A stretch of DNA of 64,000 bases, taken from Octopus sinensis. Lineage: Eukaryota. The DNA is taken from assembly GCF_006345805.1 (NCBI RefSeq), contig NC_042998.1, positions 51,770,001-51,834,000 of the forward strand, given 5' to 3'. How positions within the stretch are numbered: the first letter of the stretch is position 1; the number at the start of each line of letters is the position of its first letter. The notes below the pieces were generated by a model, which saw only the letters and a program-made list of their open reading frames with translations, ran no database searches and was not told the origin of the DNA. Positions 49,619-63,470 of the stretch are shown here, piece by piece. The position numbers and the translations under genes were made by a program.

Positions 49619-52322
49619 ATATATAAATACACATGCACACACATGTATAAGTATCTATGTATATATCAATATATCATTTATTAATGAATTATATATATGA
49701 TAGTCGTTAAGTTATTTTACATGACTGAATCGGTGTTTTGTTGTGAACTCAAGCAATAGACTTATTGCATTTGTTTTGCCTGTAATCCCGTTTCATTATA
49801 CTATTATCCTAGCAATAAAATCATTTAATCTTCAGTTATTCTTCTTTTAACACTAGTTGGCTTTGTTGGAAACACGTTTTGTGTGTCTCTCTCTCTCTCT
49901 CTCTTGCTATATGCAGAAGATGTTTATGTACAAGATGGGTCAACAGCCCCACTCAAGCAAAGATCTGGTTTCAGGATATTGACTGGAGATAATAAAGATT
50001 TCTAACATAAGCATAAAGTCACAAATTTATAGGCGCAGTCATCATTATCATCGTCGTCATTGTCATCGTCATCGTTGTCATGATGATGATGATGATCATC
50101 ATCATCATCATCGTCATCATCTTCATTATCATCTTCTAATGTCCGTATTCCATTCTGTCATAGGTTGGATGGTTTAACAGGAGCTGGCCAGTTGGAGAGC
50201 TGTCCAGGCTTTAATTGTCTGTTTTTGCATGGATTCTACAGCTGGATGCTCTTTCTAATGTCAGTCACTTTACAGAGTGTGCTGGGTGGTTTTTATGTCC
50301 TACCAGTAAGGGTACTTTGATGTGGTACCAGCATGGGTGCATTTAACATGGCACCGGCATGTGTGCATTTTACAAGGCATTGCAACAAGTGCATTTTATG
50401 TGACACTGGCATGAATATAATTGATTTAAGATACGATGCTTGAAAATATTATTATAACATTATATTTTCCACACAGTCACTCCTATACCTATAGGTGTAG
50501 GAGTGGCTGTGTGGTAAGTAGCTTGCTTACAAACCACTTGGTTTCGGGTTCAGTCCCACTGTGTGGCACCTTGGGCAAGTGTCTTCTACTATAACCACGG
50601 GCCGACCAAAGTCTTGTGAGTGGTTTTGGTAGACGGAAACTGACAGAAGCCCGTCGTATATATGTATATGTGTGTGTGTGTGTGTGTATGTTTGTGTGTC
50701 CATATTTGTCCCCCCAACATCACTTGACAACCGATGCTGGTGTGTTTACGTCCCCGTAACTTAGTGGTTCAGCAAAAGATATCGATAGAAAAAGTACTAA
50801 GCTTACAAAGAATAAGTCCTGGGGTCAATTTGCTCGATTAAAGGTGGTGCTCCAGCATGGCCATGGTCAAAAGAATATGAGTTTTAAATATTGCTCTATG
50901 AGTTAAAACTCTATTGTTGGCAGGGTGCATATATTATACTGTAGTCAAGAGTATAATAGCAAAGTATTTTACTCTTTATCTGAAATCTAGTGATACTACT
51001 CATAGTCATGGTAACGGAAACTTCATAGATGCAGGTTTGGCTGTGAAGCAAAGATTTTTACTTTGCAACCAGCACCAAGTAGTTTTGGGTTCAATCCCAC
51101 AGCATGAAACCTTGGGCAATTGTCTTCTACAATATATATATGTGTGTGTATGTGTGTGTGAGAAGACATGATAGAAGTGCGTTTGTTTTTGGATAGCATA
51201 GTCTTCATTATCAACAGCATCATCGTTTAACATCTGCTTTCCATGCTGGCATGGGTTGAATGGTTTGACATGGAGCTGGTTTGCAGGTAGCTGTCCAAAC
51301 TCCGATTGCCTGTTTTAGCATAGTTTCTACAGCTGGATGCCTTTCCTAACACCAACATTTCAACAGAGTGTGCTGTAAAACGATTGTACAGTCTGATTGT
51401 ATGCAGTATTAAATTGTTACTTTATTTTACTAAAATTTTGCAATCCTTGCTGTGTAAAAGGACATCAAGTGATAAAGAAGTTAAAAGAAGGCATCTCTTT
51501 TTTTACTCTTTTACTTGTTTCAGTCATTTGACTGTGGTCATGCTGGAGCACTGCCTTTAGTCGAGCAAATCGACCCCAGGACTTTTTCTTTGTAAGCCTA
51601 GTACTTACTCTATCGGTCTCTTTTGCTGAACTGCTAAGGTACAGGGATGTAAACACACCAGCTTCAGTTGTCAAGCAATGTTGGGGGGACAAAAAGAGAC
51701 ACAAACACACACACATATATATACATGTACATATATATGATGGGCTTCTTTCATCCACTCACAAGGCTGGTCAGCCTGAGGCTATAGTAGAAGGCACTCG
51801 CCCAAAGTGTCACGCAGTGGGACTGAATCCAGAACCATGTGGTTGGTAAGCAAGCTACTTACCACACAGCCACTCCTGCACACGTGAAATTAGAACTAAT
51901 TGATAAAGTAGAACAAGGCTTTATGTTTGTGATATTTAAAGGGTTAAAAGGCTGACCATTTCTGAGAAATGTAAATCAAAGCTAAATAGCAACAGTTTTC
52001 ATTAAAATGCAGTGTCAGCAGCATTAAAAGTGACCCTAAACTCTGTAGTAGAAACCACATGAAAAGTAGCTGTATATAAGTAGCGTGTTCATCAGAGGTC
52101 TAACAATGTTTATGTACAAAATCTTGTATATAAAGTTTAGAAATGTTTTTTTATGATAACGCGAGTAATAAGTGGCTGTGTCCCTTTTGAGAGAAACAGC
52201 CTTGGCATTGTGAAAACGAAAACCTTTAGGGAGTTCTTAAATGCAGATACTTAAACAAGTTGAGAGATTTAGAAAATTTATGAATGAACTTTTTGGTGTT
52301 GAGGGTTTTATTTTATCATAGA

Positions 52323-52714
52323 CTAGCAGTATCGCCTAGTGTTGCTCAGGTTTGTTTCGACCTTTTAGAATTGGAATTTTTGAAAAGTAAAAATTTTGCA
52401 TTATGTAGCTTGTTATTCCTTTTAAGTGAACATTTTTCTGGTTGAAATACACCAAAAAATAGTGACACAGCAGTCAAAAAATCGTAAAAAATAGGGATTT
52501 TCATAGAAAAAAAGCACCTTTTTGATGTAAATAATTTTTGGTCTTAACATGGTCTGATTTGAATTTTTTCTTCTACAGAAGGAAGAGCAAGCCTTCTTCT
52601 ATCATACTCTCAATTTTGGTCAATTTGCACTGCAGGGTCTTGGAGGAGATAGTGTTAGTTGAAGGCTACCAAACCTGCCATACACAGATAACTTCAGCTT
52701 TATATATAGAGAGA
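52323..52714 (-). mobile_element. Complete 392-bp non-autonomous Helitron
   Basis: Minus strand reads A|TC...cctgagcaacactaggcgatactgCTAG|T; TC and CTAG termini, A|T target, eroded subterminal hairpin. Confidence 0.88.
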
Positions 52715-52810
52715 TTTACCATGCTGATGAAACTGATCTTTTCTGTCATACTCTTCTTGAAAATACCTTAGTCTGCAAACATGAACATGGCACTCCTGGT
52801 CACAAATTAA

Positions 52811-53036
52811 CCCTTTCACTGTGAAATTAAATTTTATGGTTATTCTAGTAATGATGCTAAATATCTACTGAAAAATAAAATTAGTTCTTTCTGTGGGTCA
52901 CATTGCCTCAATACACTTGACATATCTCAATAGAAAATAGTTTCAAATATGATAAGATTTGTATATAAAACTGTTTTCCACTATTAAGAGTAATGAAATT
53001 TTGGAGTGGATATATCTGATTTCTACAGTCAAAGGA
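52811..53036. mobile_element. piggyBac-type MITE (second family)
   Basis: TTAA|ccctttcactgtgaaat ... atttctacagtcaaagga|TTAA. Confidence 0.7.
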
Positions 53037-53499
53037 TTAAATAAGGAGTGGCTTATGTCTGGAATCCAATGTGGAAGGGAAATTAAAAAAAAACCCATAT
53101 AGTCTTAAAAATGTAATAAATCAGTTAAAAGTAATATACACCAGCTCAAAGAATGTATTCTTTATTTCCAGGATTTTTCTCTGAGTGATTTAAAAAAAAT
53201 TTTTTTGTCCCTGAAGTGAGATACTTCCAGACAAATTTTTCAGAAGACTTCTCCTTATAATGTTAGTTTTTTTACAATACCCTTGCTTACATGAGCATGG
53301 AGAAGTTAGTAGAGATGGTAGAATTGATTATTTTTTTTTTTTTTGCCTCAGCACATTTATTCAGCAAATGTATTAAAGATTAATTGTTGCCTGTAAAAGG
53401 TTTTGTGAGAAAAAAATTTTGGAAGAAATAATGGTAGTATTTGAGGATGAAGAGGACGAAGAAAATACAGAAGATAGTGGGGAGATACATGACACTTCA

Positions 53500-54600
53500 G
53501 AAGCTATGCACCTACAATATCCAGTTTGCATTTTTTAACTTTGCAGATTCATGGAAGGAGTCAAAGATTATGACATTGGCAAATGGATGGGAAGAAGTTT
53601 CAAATCCCTAATTTGGATTTGAACTGATTTAAGGCAAATGATTCTCACTAAACCACCACCATCATCATCATCATCATCATCCTCATCATCATCCTCATCA
53701 TCATCATCATTATTTAATGTCTGTGTTCTATGCTTGCATGTGTTGACTAGAGCTGGTAAGACCAGAGGCCACACCAGGCTCCATAGTCTCTTCCAGCATG
53801 GTTTATATGGCTGGATGCCTTTCCTAATGCCAAACCCTCCACAGAGAGTACTGAGTACTTTTAACATGGTACCATTACCAGTTCTTTTTATGTGGCACCA
53901 GCATGAGTGTTTTTTAAGTGGCGCCAGCACCAATGCTTTTTATGTAACCCCAGCATCAGTATCAATTTTGCTGTGGTGGCTGTGTTTTCTTGAATGTAGC
54001 AAAGCACCAGATATCTCAATCCTTTGTTATCTGCTTTGTAAGGCTCAATGTCTTGATGTTGGGCTTCAATACTTAGTTCCATGACTTCCTGGGTTTCCCT
54101 CTTCCACAAGTTCCGTCCACTTTAAGTGAGTGGTACTTCTTTATGTTTACATCCATATGCATCTCATGACTAGTGCAGTCTTTTCTTTTGCACATGGTAT
54201 CTGATTCCTCTTATGCCCAACTTTTCTATCAATATACTAGTGCTCTGTCACACATGTACACTCACTTAGAACATCTGGTAGAGCATACTAGCTTCATTCC
54301 TCTCTAGCCTTTGCATGTTTTCAGTATCTGAGGCCTGCATCTCATTACCATGTACCATTGCTGTTTGTACACATGCATCATACAATCTTCCTTTCACTCA
54401 GAGAAAGACAGACCTTTGGTTGCCAACAAAGGTAAATGCTGTCAACTAGAAAACAACTAGAGATGATGTTCAGGAAATTGATGAAGGTGATCTTAGCTGT
54501 TCAACCCACTGATGGAGAAATTCCAGATGAGATTCTACATAGCAAGGCTGAAGGAAATGATGATCCTGAAGAAGAGGAAATTATACTAGCACAGCCAATA
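53500..54600 (+). pseudogene. Possible pogo/Tigger-like transposase C-terminal relic split by an RTE insertion
   Basis: YNIQFAFFNFADSWKESKIMTLANGW before the insertion and an acidic DEGD...DGEIPDEIL segment after it; recognised by resemblance only. Confidence 0.4.
53650..54435 (-). mobile_element. Degraded RTE LINE 3' fragment
   Basis: VKGRLYDACVQTAMVHGNE...RLERNEASML...VDGTCGRGKPRKSW, then UTR and (GAT)n tail. Confidence 0.82.
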
Positions 54601-55260
54601 CTGAATGAAATAAGGAAACCCATGAACATTACCATTAAAAAACAGAAAAAACCCCCAAAATATATCATTCATTGCTTGTATATATTTTTTAAAATGTCCT
54701 CAAATTGGGATAAATTATTGTGTAATGAAGAAGAGAAATTTAACGTTTCACATCAATACTTCTGATAAAGAATTCTAGCTGAAATATTACACTTCTTCTC
54801 TCCCTCAGGGTAAAACAATTTATTTTGTACTTTTTATTTGCTGACACAGTCCAATACTAGTTTTCTCGGATGCTACTGTTTTACCTTCATAGATTTTTTT
54901 TTATGTTGCTCTGATCTGTGAGATTAAATATGACAACAACTTTAATCTGCTTTTAGTTGACATTCTCTTTAACCTTAATCCCTGTTAAGATTAAAGATGA
55001 CGACAGCTTTATTTCTGTTCAAGAACATATTATTTTGTTTATAATCCAGTAAATGACAGATTAAAGTAGAGGAGAATACAGCGTTCTTTGCTGTTGGTAT
55101 TTATTTATCTGGAGACTGTGGTTTGCAGCTGGCTGGTTAGTTGTTGTTGTTTAGCCCCTGGTCAGGTCTTGTTGAGTAGAATGATGATCAATGACTTTCC
55201 AGTTGTGACCATCTCTTTTTGTTTTTTGGTTTTATCATATAGAATTGCAATATATTATAC

Positions 55261-56180
55261 TCTTTACTCTTTACTCTTTTACTTGTTTCAGTCATTTGAC
55301 TGCGGCCATGCTGGAGCACCGCCTTTAATCGAGCAACTCGACCCCGGGACTTATTCTTTGTAAGCCCAGTACTTATTCTATCGGTCTCTTTTGCCGAACC
55401 GCTAAGTAACGGGGACATAAACACACCAGCATCGGTTGTCAAGCAATGCTATGGGGACAAACACAAACATACACGCACACACACATATATATACATATAT
55501 ACGACGGGCTTCTTTCAGTTTCCGTCTACCAAATCCACTCACAAGGCTTTGGTCGGCCCGAGGCTATAGTAGAAGACACTTGCCCAAGGTGCCACGCAGT
55601 GGGACTGAACTCGGTACCATGTGGTTGGTAAACAATCTACTTACCACACAGCCACTCCTGCGCCTGTGTACTTACATTTTAAAAATATTTTTTAAAGAAT
55701 AGGCCGTTATTTCTAGTCATTGAAATGAAACACTCTCTCACTGAAACATATAGTTAACATGGGCGCAGGAGTGGCTGTGTGGTAGTAGCTTGCTTACCAA
55801 CCACATAGTTCTGGGTTCAGTCCCACTGTATGGCACCTTGGGCAAGTGTCTTCCACTATAGCCTTGGGCCGACCAAAGCCTTGTGAGTGGATTTGGTAGA
55901 TGCAAACTGAAAGAAGCCTGTTGTGTATATACATATATACACACACACACACACACATATATATATGTATGTATGTATATGTTTGTGTGTCTGTGTTTGT
56001 CCCCCCAAAATCACTTGACAACCGATGCTGGTGTGTTTACGTCCCCAGTTCAGCAAGAGACATCGATAGAATAAGTACTAGGCTTACAAAGAATAAGTCC
56101 TGGGGTCGAATTGCTTGACTAAAGGTGGTGCTCCAGCATGGCTGCAGTCAAATGAGTGAAACAAATAAAAAGAATAAAAG
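55261..56180. mobile_element. Head-to-head pair of full SINE A copies (55261-55664 -, 55762-56180 +)
   Basis: Two full copies in opposite orientation, 97-bp spacer. Confidence 0.9.
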
Positions 56181-56367
56181 AAAAAAGAAAAAGAATATCA
56201 TTTTGAATACGACACTGTGTATAAGTGTGTACTCCACAACTACAAAAAAATAAAGTGCACAAAAATAAAATATAAATTGTGAAAATCTGTCTATATTGGA
56301 ATATATATGGTTGTGTGTTTGTATGTGTGTGTGCATATCTATCTATCTATCTATCTATCTATATCTA

Positions 56368-56423
<56 letters not shown>

Positions 56424-57989
56424 TATATACATACATACATACTACATAAATAATATTTTTATAAACAAATCTGAAAGGCCTTGCTAGTATTGGAGAGGAA
56501 CCTACTATGGAAGACTCATAATGTAATAACTGTATAATATATATCATAATGATATTTATTCTCTGACAATTTTTTGAATATAAACAAAGCGTTGATTTGT
56601 GAGTTCAATTCAGCCTGCAGTTAGCTCATCATTTATCAGTCATTTTGTTTATATTTAACAAATTGTAGCTTCAAATCAGAGAATAACTATCATTATGATA
56701 TATATATACTACCCACAAGGGGCTAAACACAGAGGGGACAAACAAGGACAGACAAATAGATTAAGTCGATTACCAGTGTGTAACTGGTACTTAATTTATC
56801 AACCCCGAAAGGATGAAAGGCAAAGTCGACCTCAGCGGAATTTGAACTCAGAACGTAATGGCAGACAAAATACGGCTACACATTTCGCCCAGCATGCTAT
56901 ATCTATATCTATATATATATATACATTTTCTTTATTCTTTTATTATTTTACTTGTTTCACTCATTTGACTGTGGTCATGATGAGGTACTGCCTTGAAGAA
57001 TTTTCAGTTGAAAATATCAACCCCAGTATTTATTTTCCTTTTAAAATCCTGGTACTTATTCTATCAGTCTCTTTTGCCGAACTGCTGAGCTATGGGGACA
57101 TAAACACATCAGCACTAGTTGTCAAGTGGTGGCGGGGTGACAAATGCAGACAATAAGATACACGCACATAGATATATATACATATATACAATGGCGTTCT
57201 TTTAGTTTCTCTCTACCAAATCCACTCACAAGGATTTTGGTTGGCCCAAGGCTACTGTAGAAAACACTTGCCCAAGGTGCCATGCTGTGGGACTGAACTC
57301 AGAAGCATGTGGTTGGGAAGGAAGCTTCTTACTACACAGCCATGCCTGCACACACACACACATGCACTCACACCCACACACACATGCACTCACACACACA
57401 CACACACACACGCACAGACACACAGTTGAAATTTATAGAAAAACAAAAGACAAAAGATGAAAACAGGTGTATGAACAACAAAGTATATTTCTTTGATGCT
57501 TGGGAAAATGAAAACGTCTTTTATGTTTTGAGTCGATGCTCTTCAACAGAAAAGGGATAAGAAGAAATAAAGAAAAAGAGAATGAAATAAAACATGCAGA
57601 GTTCAGCAAACATAGTGAATGAGTGGAAAAAAAGAAGTTGAAAAGAAAGGAGATAATAATAAAAAAAAGGAGGTTGAATGAAAGGGAGATAATAATAGTG
57701 CTAGTGATCCCAACGAAGTGTGTGTGCATGTGTGTCTATGTGAGAATGGTGTGTGTGAATGTATAAGTGTGTATGTGTGAATAGGGACGAGTGACTCTGA
57801 CATGTGTGAGTGTGTGTGTGTGTAATGTGTGTGTGTGTGTGTGTATGTGTGAGTTGTGTGTATCAGTTGATGTGTGCTTTTTCACATGGTGTGTGCACAT
57901 GTGTGTGTGTATGTGTGTGTGTGTGTGTGTCTGTCTGTCTGTAACCAAACAGTAGGCATGTCTGGTGTATGTATGTGGGTGTAAGTTAT

Positions 57990-58975
57990 CTTTGTCAATG
58001 TATGTTGAGTGTGTTGATGCAATGTAGCTAACAAACAGGTTCGCATAGTTGGGACCCATTCTTGTTCTCATGGTCTCTCTCAAGACCTGTTGGGAAAATT
58101 TCCTTGCAAATGAGAAGCAGTTGAGAGAGAGAAAAAGTTTAGCCAGATGAAGACGTGTGGAGGTGTCAGGTTGAGGGTCAGGCCAAAGTTCTAGGAAGTG
58201 TTTGAGCACAGGAAGTCCTTCATTATGTGGGATCACCATGTATAAACTTTTGATATCAAGAGTGAACAGAAATTTAGAGGGGTTAGGAGGGAAAGAGAAA
58301 GAATTAAACAGAGAGCATGGTGTCATGGATGTGGGAGCAGAGGGAAGCTACTAGGTGGGGAGAAAGGAGATTGTCAAGGTATTTGGAGGTCATTTCCTTG
58401 ATGCAGTTGCAGGCAGAGATGATGGGGCAGTCAGGGTTGTTGGGCTTGTGAAGGAAGTAAATAATGGAGGTGTGTAGAATGCAGACAATAAGGTTGGAGG
58501 TAGTGGGAGGGAGACGGGAGGAGGAAATGAGGTCAGGAATAGTAGTTGACACAATCTGTTAGTAGTTAGGCATGGAGTTTAAAGGCAGAGGGCAATAGAA
58601 GTAGATGTTTTGAAGTTGGTAGAGAGTTTCAGCCTTGTAAAGGTCTGTGCACCACACCACTGCAGCTGCACTCTTGGCTGGTTCTATTATGATATCTGTG
58701 CAGCAATGGAGACATCGAAACCCCGAGAGTTTGGCCAGGGAGATGTTGAAATGTCGGGGATGCCTGTGAAAGTTGAACCAGTCTATGACACGTTGGCAGA
58801 TGCTTGCAAAATGATCACCAACTTAGAATTGGCCAGGAGCTGGTGTCCAGTGGGACGGTCAGCAGCCCAGGTTGGTGAAACAGTGAGTTAAATGTGGGAG
58901 GGGCAGTGGAGGTGATGGAAAGCTGGGAGGAGGGAGAGGAGGAAGTAGTGCATGGGAGGGCTGGAGTAATGGAAG
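57990..58975 (-). mobile_element. Penelope-like reverse transcriptase fragment (frameshifted)
   Basis: AAVVWCTDLYKAE...; HKPNNPDCPIISACNC...YLDNLLSP; LFTLDIKSLYMVIPHNEGL...MGPNYANLFVSY are PLE RT motifs. Confidence 0.9.
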
Positions 58976-58978
58976 GAT

Positions 58979-59032
<54 letters not shown>

Positions 59033-59124
59033 CATATATATACATGAGGAGGTGCTGAAAAGTTCCTGGCTCTGGGTAAAAGACAATACAGGAGGATCAG
59101 TTAATTATGGTCAGAGTTCTCTAG

Positions 59125-59540
59125 CACCTCCCCCATCATGTCCTATCAGAAATAGCAGTCACTACACTTTTTGGTTGGGTTCCCAAGAATGACCAATCAT
59201 GGCTATGAAGATTACCCAACCATTTCATTCTTGGTCTATTCTTAGGTTTCCTGCTGGTTGATTCAGCTTGAAGAATCCATTTTGTGATTCTTTCCTGCAA
59301 CATTCTAATAACATGTCTGTAGTACTGGAACTGACATAGAGTCCTATCAGAAACAACCATCATTAGACTTCCCGGCTGGATTCCCAAGTTTGATCAACTG
59401 AAATTATGAATATTATCCAACAATCTCGTTCTTGGTCCACCCCCCGGTCTTCAGATGGTTGGCTCACCTTGCGATTCTTTCTTGTGGCATTTTAAACACG
59501 TCTGTAGTACTGGAAATGTGCCCACTCATTACAGAGTTAG
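59125..59540 (-). mobile_element. Two tandem ~210-bp copies of an RTE-like ORF C-terminus
   Basis: QFQYYRHVIRMLQERITKWIL...RKPKNRPRMKWL...LGTQP...DR; gtcctatcagaaa recurs at 59131 and 59341. Confidence 0.65.
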
Positions 59541-60945
59541 GGACTAACTGTAGCTCACATGTGGTGTTATGAGCCAGGCTGTGTTGTAGGGAAGGACCGG
59601 AAGTGAGGAAGTATGTATGTTGTGTTGGAAGTGGGGCATGTGGGTCCCACCAAAAGGGCTGCGGTGGGCATGTGGGGTTGGAGAGGCATGAGCAGTCAGT
59701 TAGTGGTGGACAGTGCATGAGAGCAGATGTGTTAGATGGTACGGCGGTAGTCAGAGCATATGGCCATTGTGAGTGAACCTTCCAGATCGAGACAGAGCAC
59801 GTGTATGTTGTGAATGACCATTCCAGACCGACAGATAAGACTACAGCAATTCTCTCTTTGCTTCCATCTTTTTTCTCCTTCACATCACTTCATATATATT
59901 TTCTCTTTAGTAAACATTGCAGCAAACAGTGTTTAACTATGATGTTAGCTAAAATCAGTCACATGACTATTTTTTTTTGTTTTTCTGTCAAAATGTTTCT
60001 TTTGTTTACTTGAGCCTACAGCTGAATACAAAATTAGTTCAGACCAATGCACTCCACTAAAGGAATTCAAAACTTTTTGGTTAACAAAAGTGTATATAAG
60101 GACTGCACAAACCACCTTTTCTTTCTCAGGCCAAGTCATGACTCTAGTATCCTTATAAAAATATTTCTACAGCTCACTATTTATTGCCTTGTCTTTGTAC
60201 ACACTAAATTCAGATTAGTACATATTAGTAACAGAATGACTCTATTTGGCCATGAACTCTCAAAATTCTAGAGTCATTGATTTCTTTTTTTGCAGGAAAT
60301 TTACCTACAATGTACATGAATACATGTTCATTCCAACAAAAGAAAGCAAACAACATGAGTTGAGCTAGTAGTACATTTTTTTCTGTGAATTTTTCTAGGA
60401 CTTTGATCTTTTACTTTTCTACTAAACATGAATGAATCGACCTTGACTCCTAGCAAGATATCATTGCAGGTCGATCCTGTAGCATTCTACTTTTGTCCTT
60501 GTATTTAACTGTATTCATTGTACTCAAGCTGACAGGTTTCTTTTTCTTACTATCTCTAACAGCTGGGGTTTTTCATATCTTTTACCATATTTGATATACT
60601 TGTAACCAATGCGTTGTTTCTATTTGTGTAAATCATGGTCTTTTGGAGAATGACTTTATAATTTCTAACATTTTTAATCAGAATCCAGTAAGTCATTTAT
60701 AGTTTGTGACTATTTATGAGACCTACTGACATACCCATTATCTATGTATATAGCTTCCCCTGGTTAATGTAAATTTACTTGAATTTAATTTGTGGATATC
60801 TTTTGCTTCTGTAAATAAAAATTAATTGTTGAAATATGAGGTTTTCATTTCTCTTTATGTTTGCTTAATGAAGGCAGTAAGCTGGTAGAATTGTTAGCTT
60901 GTCAAAGAAAATGCTTACTGGTTTTTCTTTAGACTCTTTAAATTT

Positions 60946-60995
<50 letters not shown>

Positions 60996-61379
60996 TTAAC
61001 GTTTGTTTTCCACGTTGGCATGGATTGGAGGGTTTCACCAAAGCTAGTAAGGCTAGGGGCTGCACTAGGTTCCATTGTCTGTTCTGGAATGGTTTATACA
61101 GCTGGATACCCTTCTTAACACCAACCAGTCCTCAGTGTACTGGGTGCTTTTTTTGTGAAACCAGCACCAGTACTTTTAATATGGCACCAGCATGATTCTG
61201 AGTTCAAATCCTACCAAAGTCAATACTGTGTTTCATCCTTTTGGGGATTGATAAAATAAGTTCCAGCTGAGCACTAGGATCAATATAAATTACCTTATCC
61301 CCTCACCCCTAAAACTGCTAGCCTTGTTCCAAAAATTTGAAATCTTTGTCGTGGCACAAGCAGTCAGCACCATATTGAA

Positions 61380-61870
61380 TAAGATCTCATGGCAGCCATT
61401 GCCATCTCAGAGACTGCAGCGAGACCACACCTGCATCCATTTGCCATGTGCGAGATCCCAATGAGGCTCGCGATGGCAAACTGTATATAAGGGTGAAAAC
61501 AGATTGAGATTGTTCCTCTTTTGCTGCCTCTTCTTTCTGCTTCATAGCAGCAGCACTTGCTGAGCCTGTCTGTATGTTGTACCTCCAGAGACAATGTGCC
61601 TGCACTTACGGAGCTACTACACAATGCACACAGCTAAAGATTGTTGCTGAGAGCAGCACACTTCACCTATCCTGTGAAGCCTGTAAATAAACCAGTTGTA
61701 AATTGCATTTGTACTTGAAGTTTTCTTTCTTCGCCTGCCGGAGCCTGAACTACACAAAGTACAAAAAGAGATAATGGAAGAAGGCGATATTCTCATGATA
61801 TCGTAAACCGTGCCATCCATTGCATCTTCAATGTGGCAGACTGGCATAATCATTATCACACTGGACAAAA
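61380..61870 (-). mobile_element. Possible highly degraded RTE-like ORF end
   Basis: YEAERRGSKRG...IASLIGISHM loosely resembles the RTE C-terminal zinc-finger region. Confidence 0.28.
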
Positions 61871-62200
61871 ATGTTCAGCAGCATTTCTTCCAGTGCTTTA
61901 CGTTCTGAGTTCAAATGCCACTGAGATCAGCTTTGCTTTTCTTCCTTTCAGGGTTGATAAAATAAAATACCAGTCAAGTAGTGGAGTTGATGTAACCAAC
62001 TAACCTTTTCCCACTAAAATTCCTGGCCTTGTGCCAAAATGTGAAGCAAAATTATATTTTGCTTAATTAGAATTATTTAAACTTACATGATATCCTTTCA
62101 TTGGATAAACAGGCTTTCAGAAAAATTTCTCAGGCAGACCTTTCTGTCTCTATTTTTTTTTTCAAGAGACCGTTTGAGTTACATTCCCATTTTCCATTCA

Positions 62201-62538
62201 TTTACTCTTTTACTTGTTTCGGTCATGTGACTGTGGCCATGCTGGAGCACCGTCTTTAGTCGAGCAAATCGACCCCAGGACTTATTCTTTGTAAGCCTAG
62301 TACTTATTCTATCGGCCTCTTCTGCTGAACTGCTAAGTTACGGGGCTGTAAACACACCAGCATCGGTTGTCAAGTGAGCTTCTTTCAGCTTCTGTCTACC
62401 AACCAAATCCACTCACAAGGCTTTGGTCGGCCCAAGGCTATAGTAGAAGACACTTGCCCAAGGTGCCATGCAGTGGGACTAAACCTGGAACCATGTGGTT
62501 CATAAGCAAGCTACTTACCACACAGCCACTCCTACACC
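62201..62538 (-). mobile_element. SINE family A lacking the internal microsatellite
   Basis: The two modules are joined directly (ggttgtcaagtgagcttctttcag). Confidence 0.85.
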
Positions 62539-63159
62539 CATTACTGAATGTTGGAATATAAAACATTCAACCGTCTGAATATTCTTATATCAACCACCAG
62601 AAACTAACTTTATTAGTCATATTGTTTTCATTTCATTCATGCATGTGTGCACACACACACACACACACACACATACATACATGCATACACATACAGTCAC
62701 ATTACATGCGTATACACATGTTTATGTGCCCTTAATTTTGAATTCTCATAAACCCATATACATGTTCATACTTACATACATATACACACACACAAATGTG
62801 CACACACACACACGCTCACACACTTAAATGTGTGCATGCACATACTCACTCACACACACAATCACACACACATATACACACGAACATTACATACTCCTAC
62901 AGAAGCTCACATACATATAAGCACATGTGTGGACACTCATATACATATTCACTTACACAAACAGGAACACATACAGATACATACATGTACATACATACAC
63001 ACACTCAAACACAAGTATTTTGACATTCACATAGACACACACATAAACCACCCCACATGTTCACGCATTTATACATCTGCACACATACACACATGCATTC
63101 ACTTACATGCATGCAAAAATGCGTGTACATAAAGTTTTCAGATTTGTTTTGGGGTAAAA

Positions 63160-63470
63160 GCATCATTCTTGACATTGGGAAATATGATATTTTATTTATT
63201 CAAAGTCGGTAGAACTGACTGTTCCTTGGGAAGTGAACTTCAGAGATGCTTTCCTCAAGGGGGAGAGAAAATACAGGGAATTGGTTGAACTCTGTGAAAA
63301 AAAGAATGGATGGGAAGCAATATGCCTTTTTTAAAAGGATTTGTTGGAACCAGGGTTCACTTAATGTTTAGGAGTCTTGGATTAAAAAAATGTTGCCAGA
63401 AAATTGTCAGAAGCTGCTAAAAAAAGCAAGCCATTATATATGGTTCAAGAGAGAGGACAAGTGATGCAAC
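63160..63470 (+). mobile_element. RLE-type (HERO/R2-group-like) non-LTR retrotransposon C-terminus
   Basis: VELTVPWEVNFRDAFLKGERKYRELVELCEKKNGW...KGFVG...LSEAAKK-ASHYIWFKRED resembles the restriction-like endonuclease end (xELTVPWE...KY...GW...GF...IW). Confidence 0.72.
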
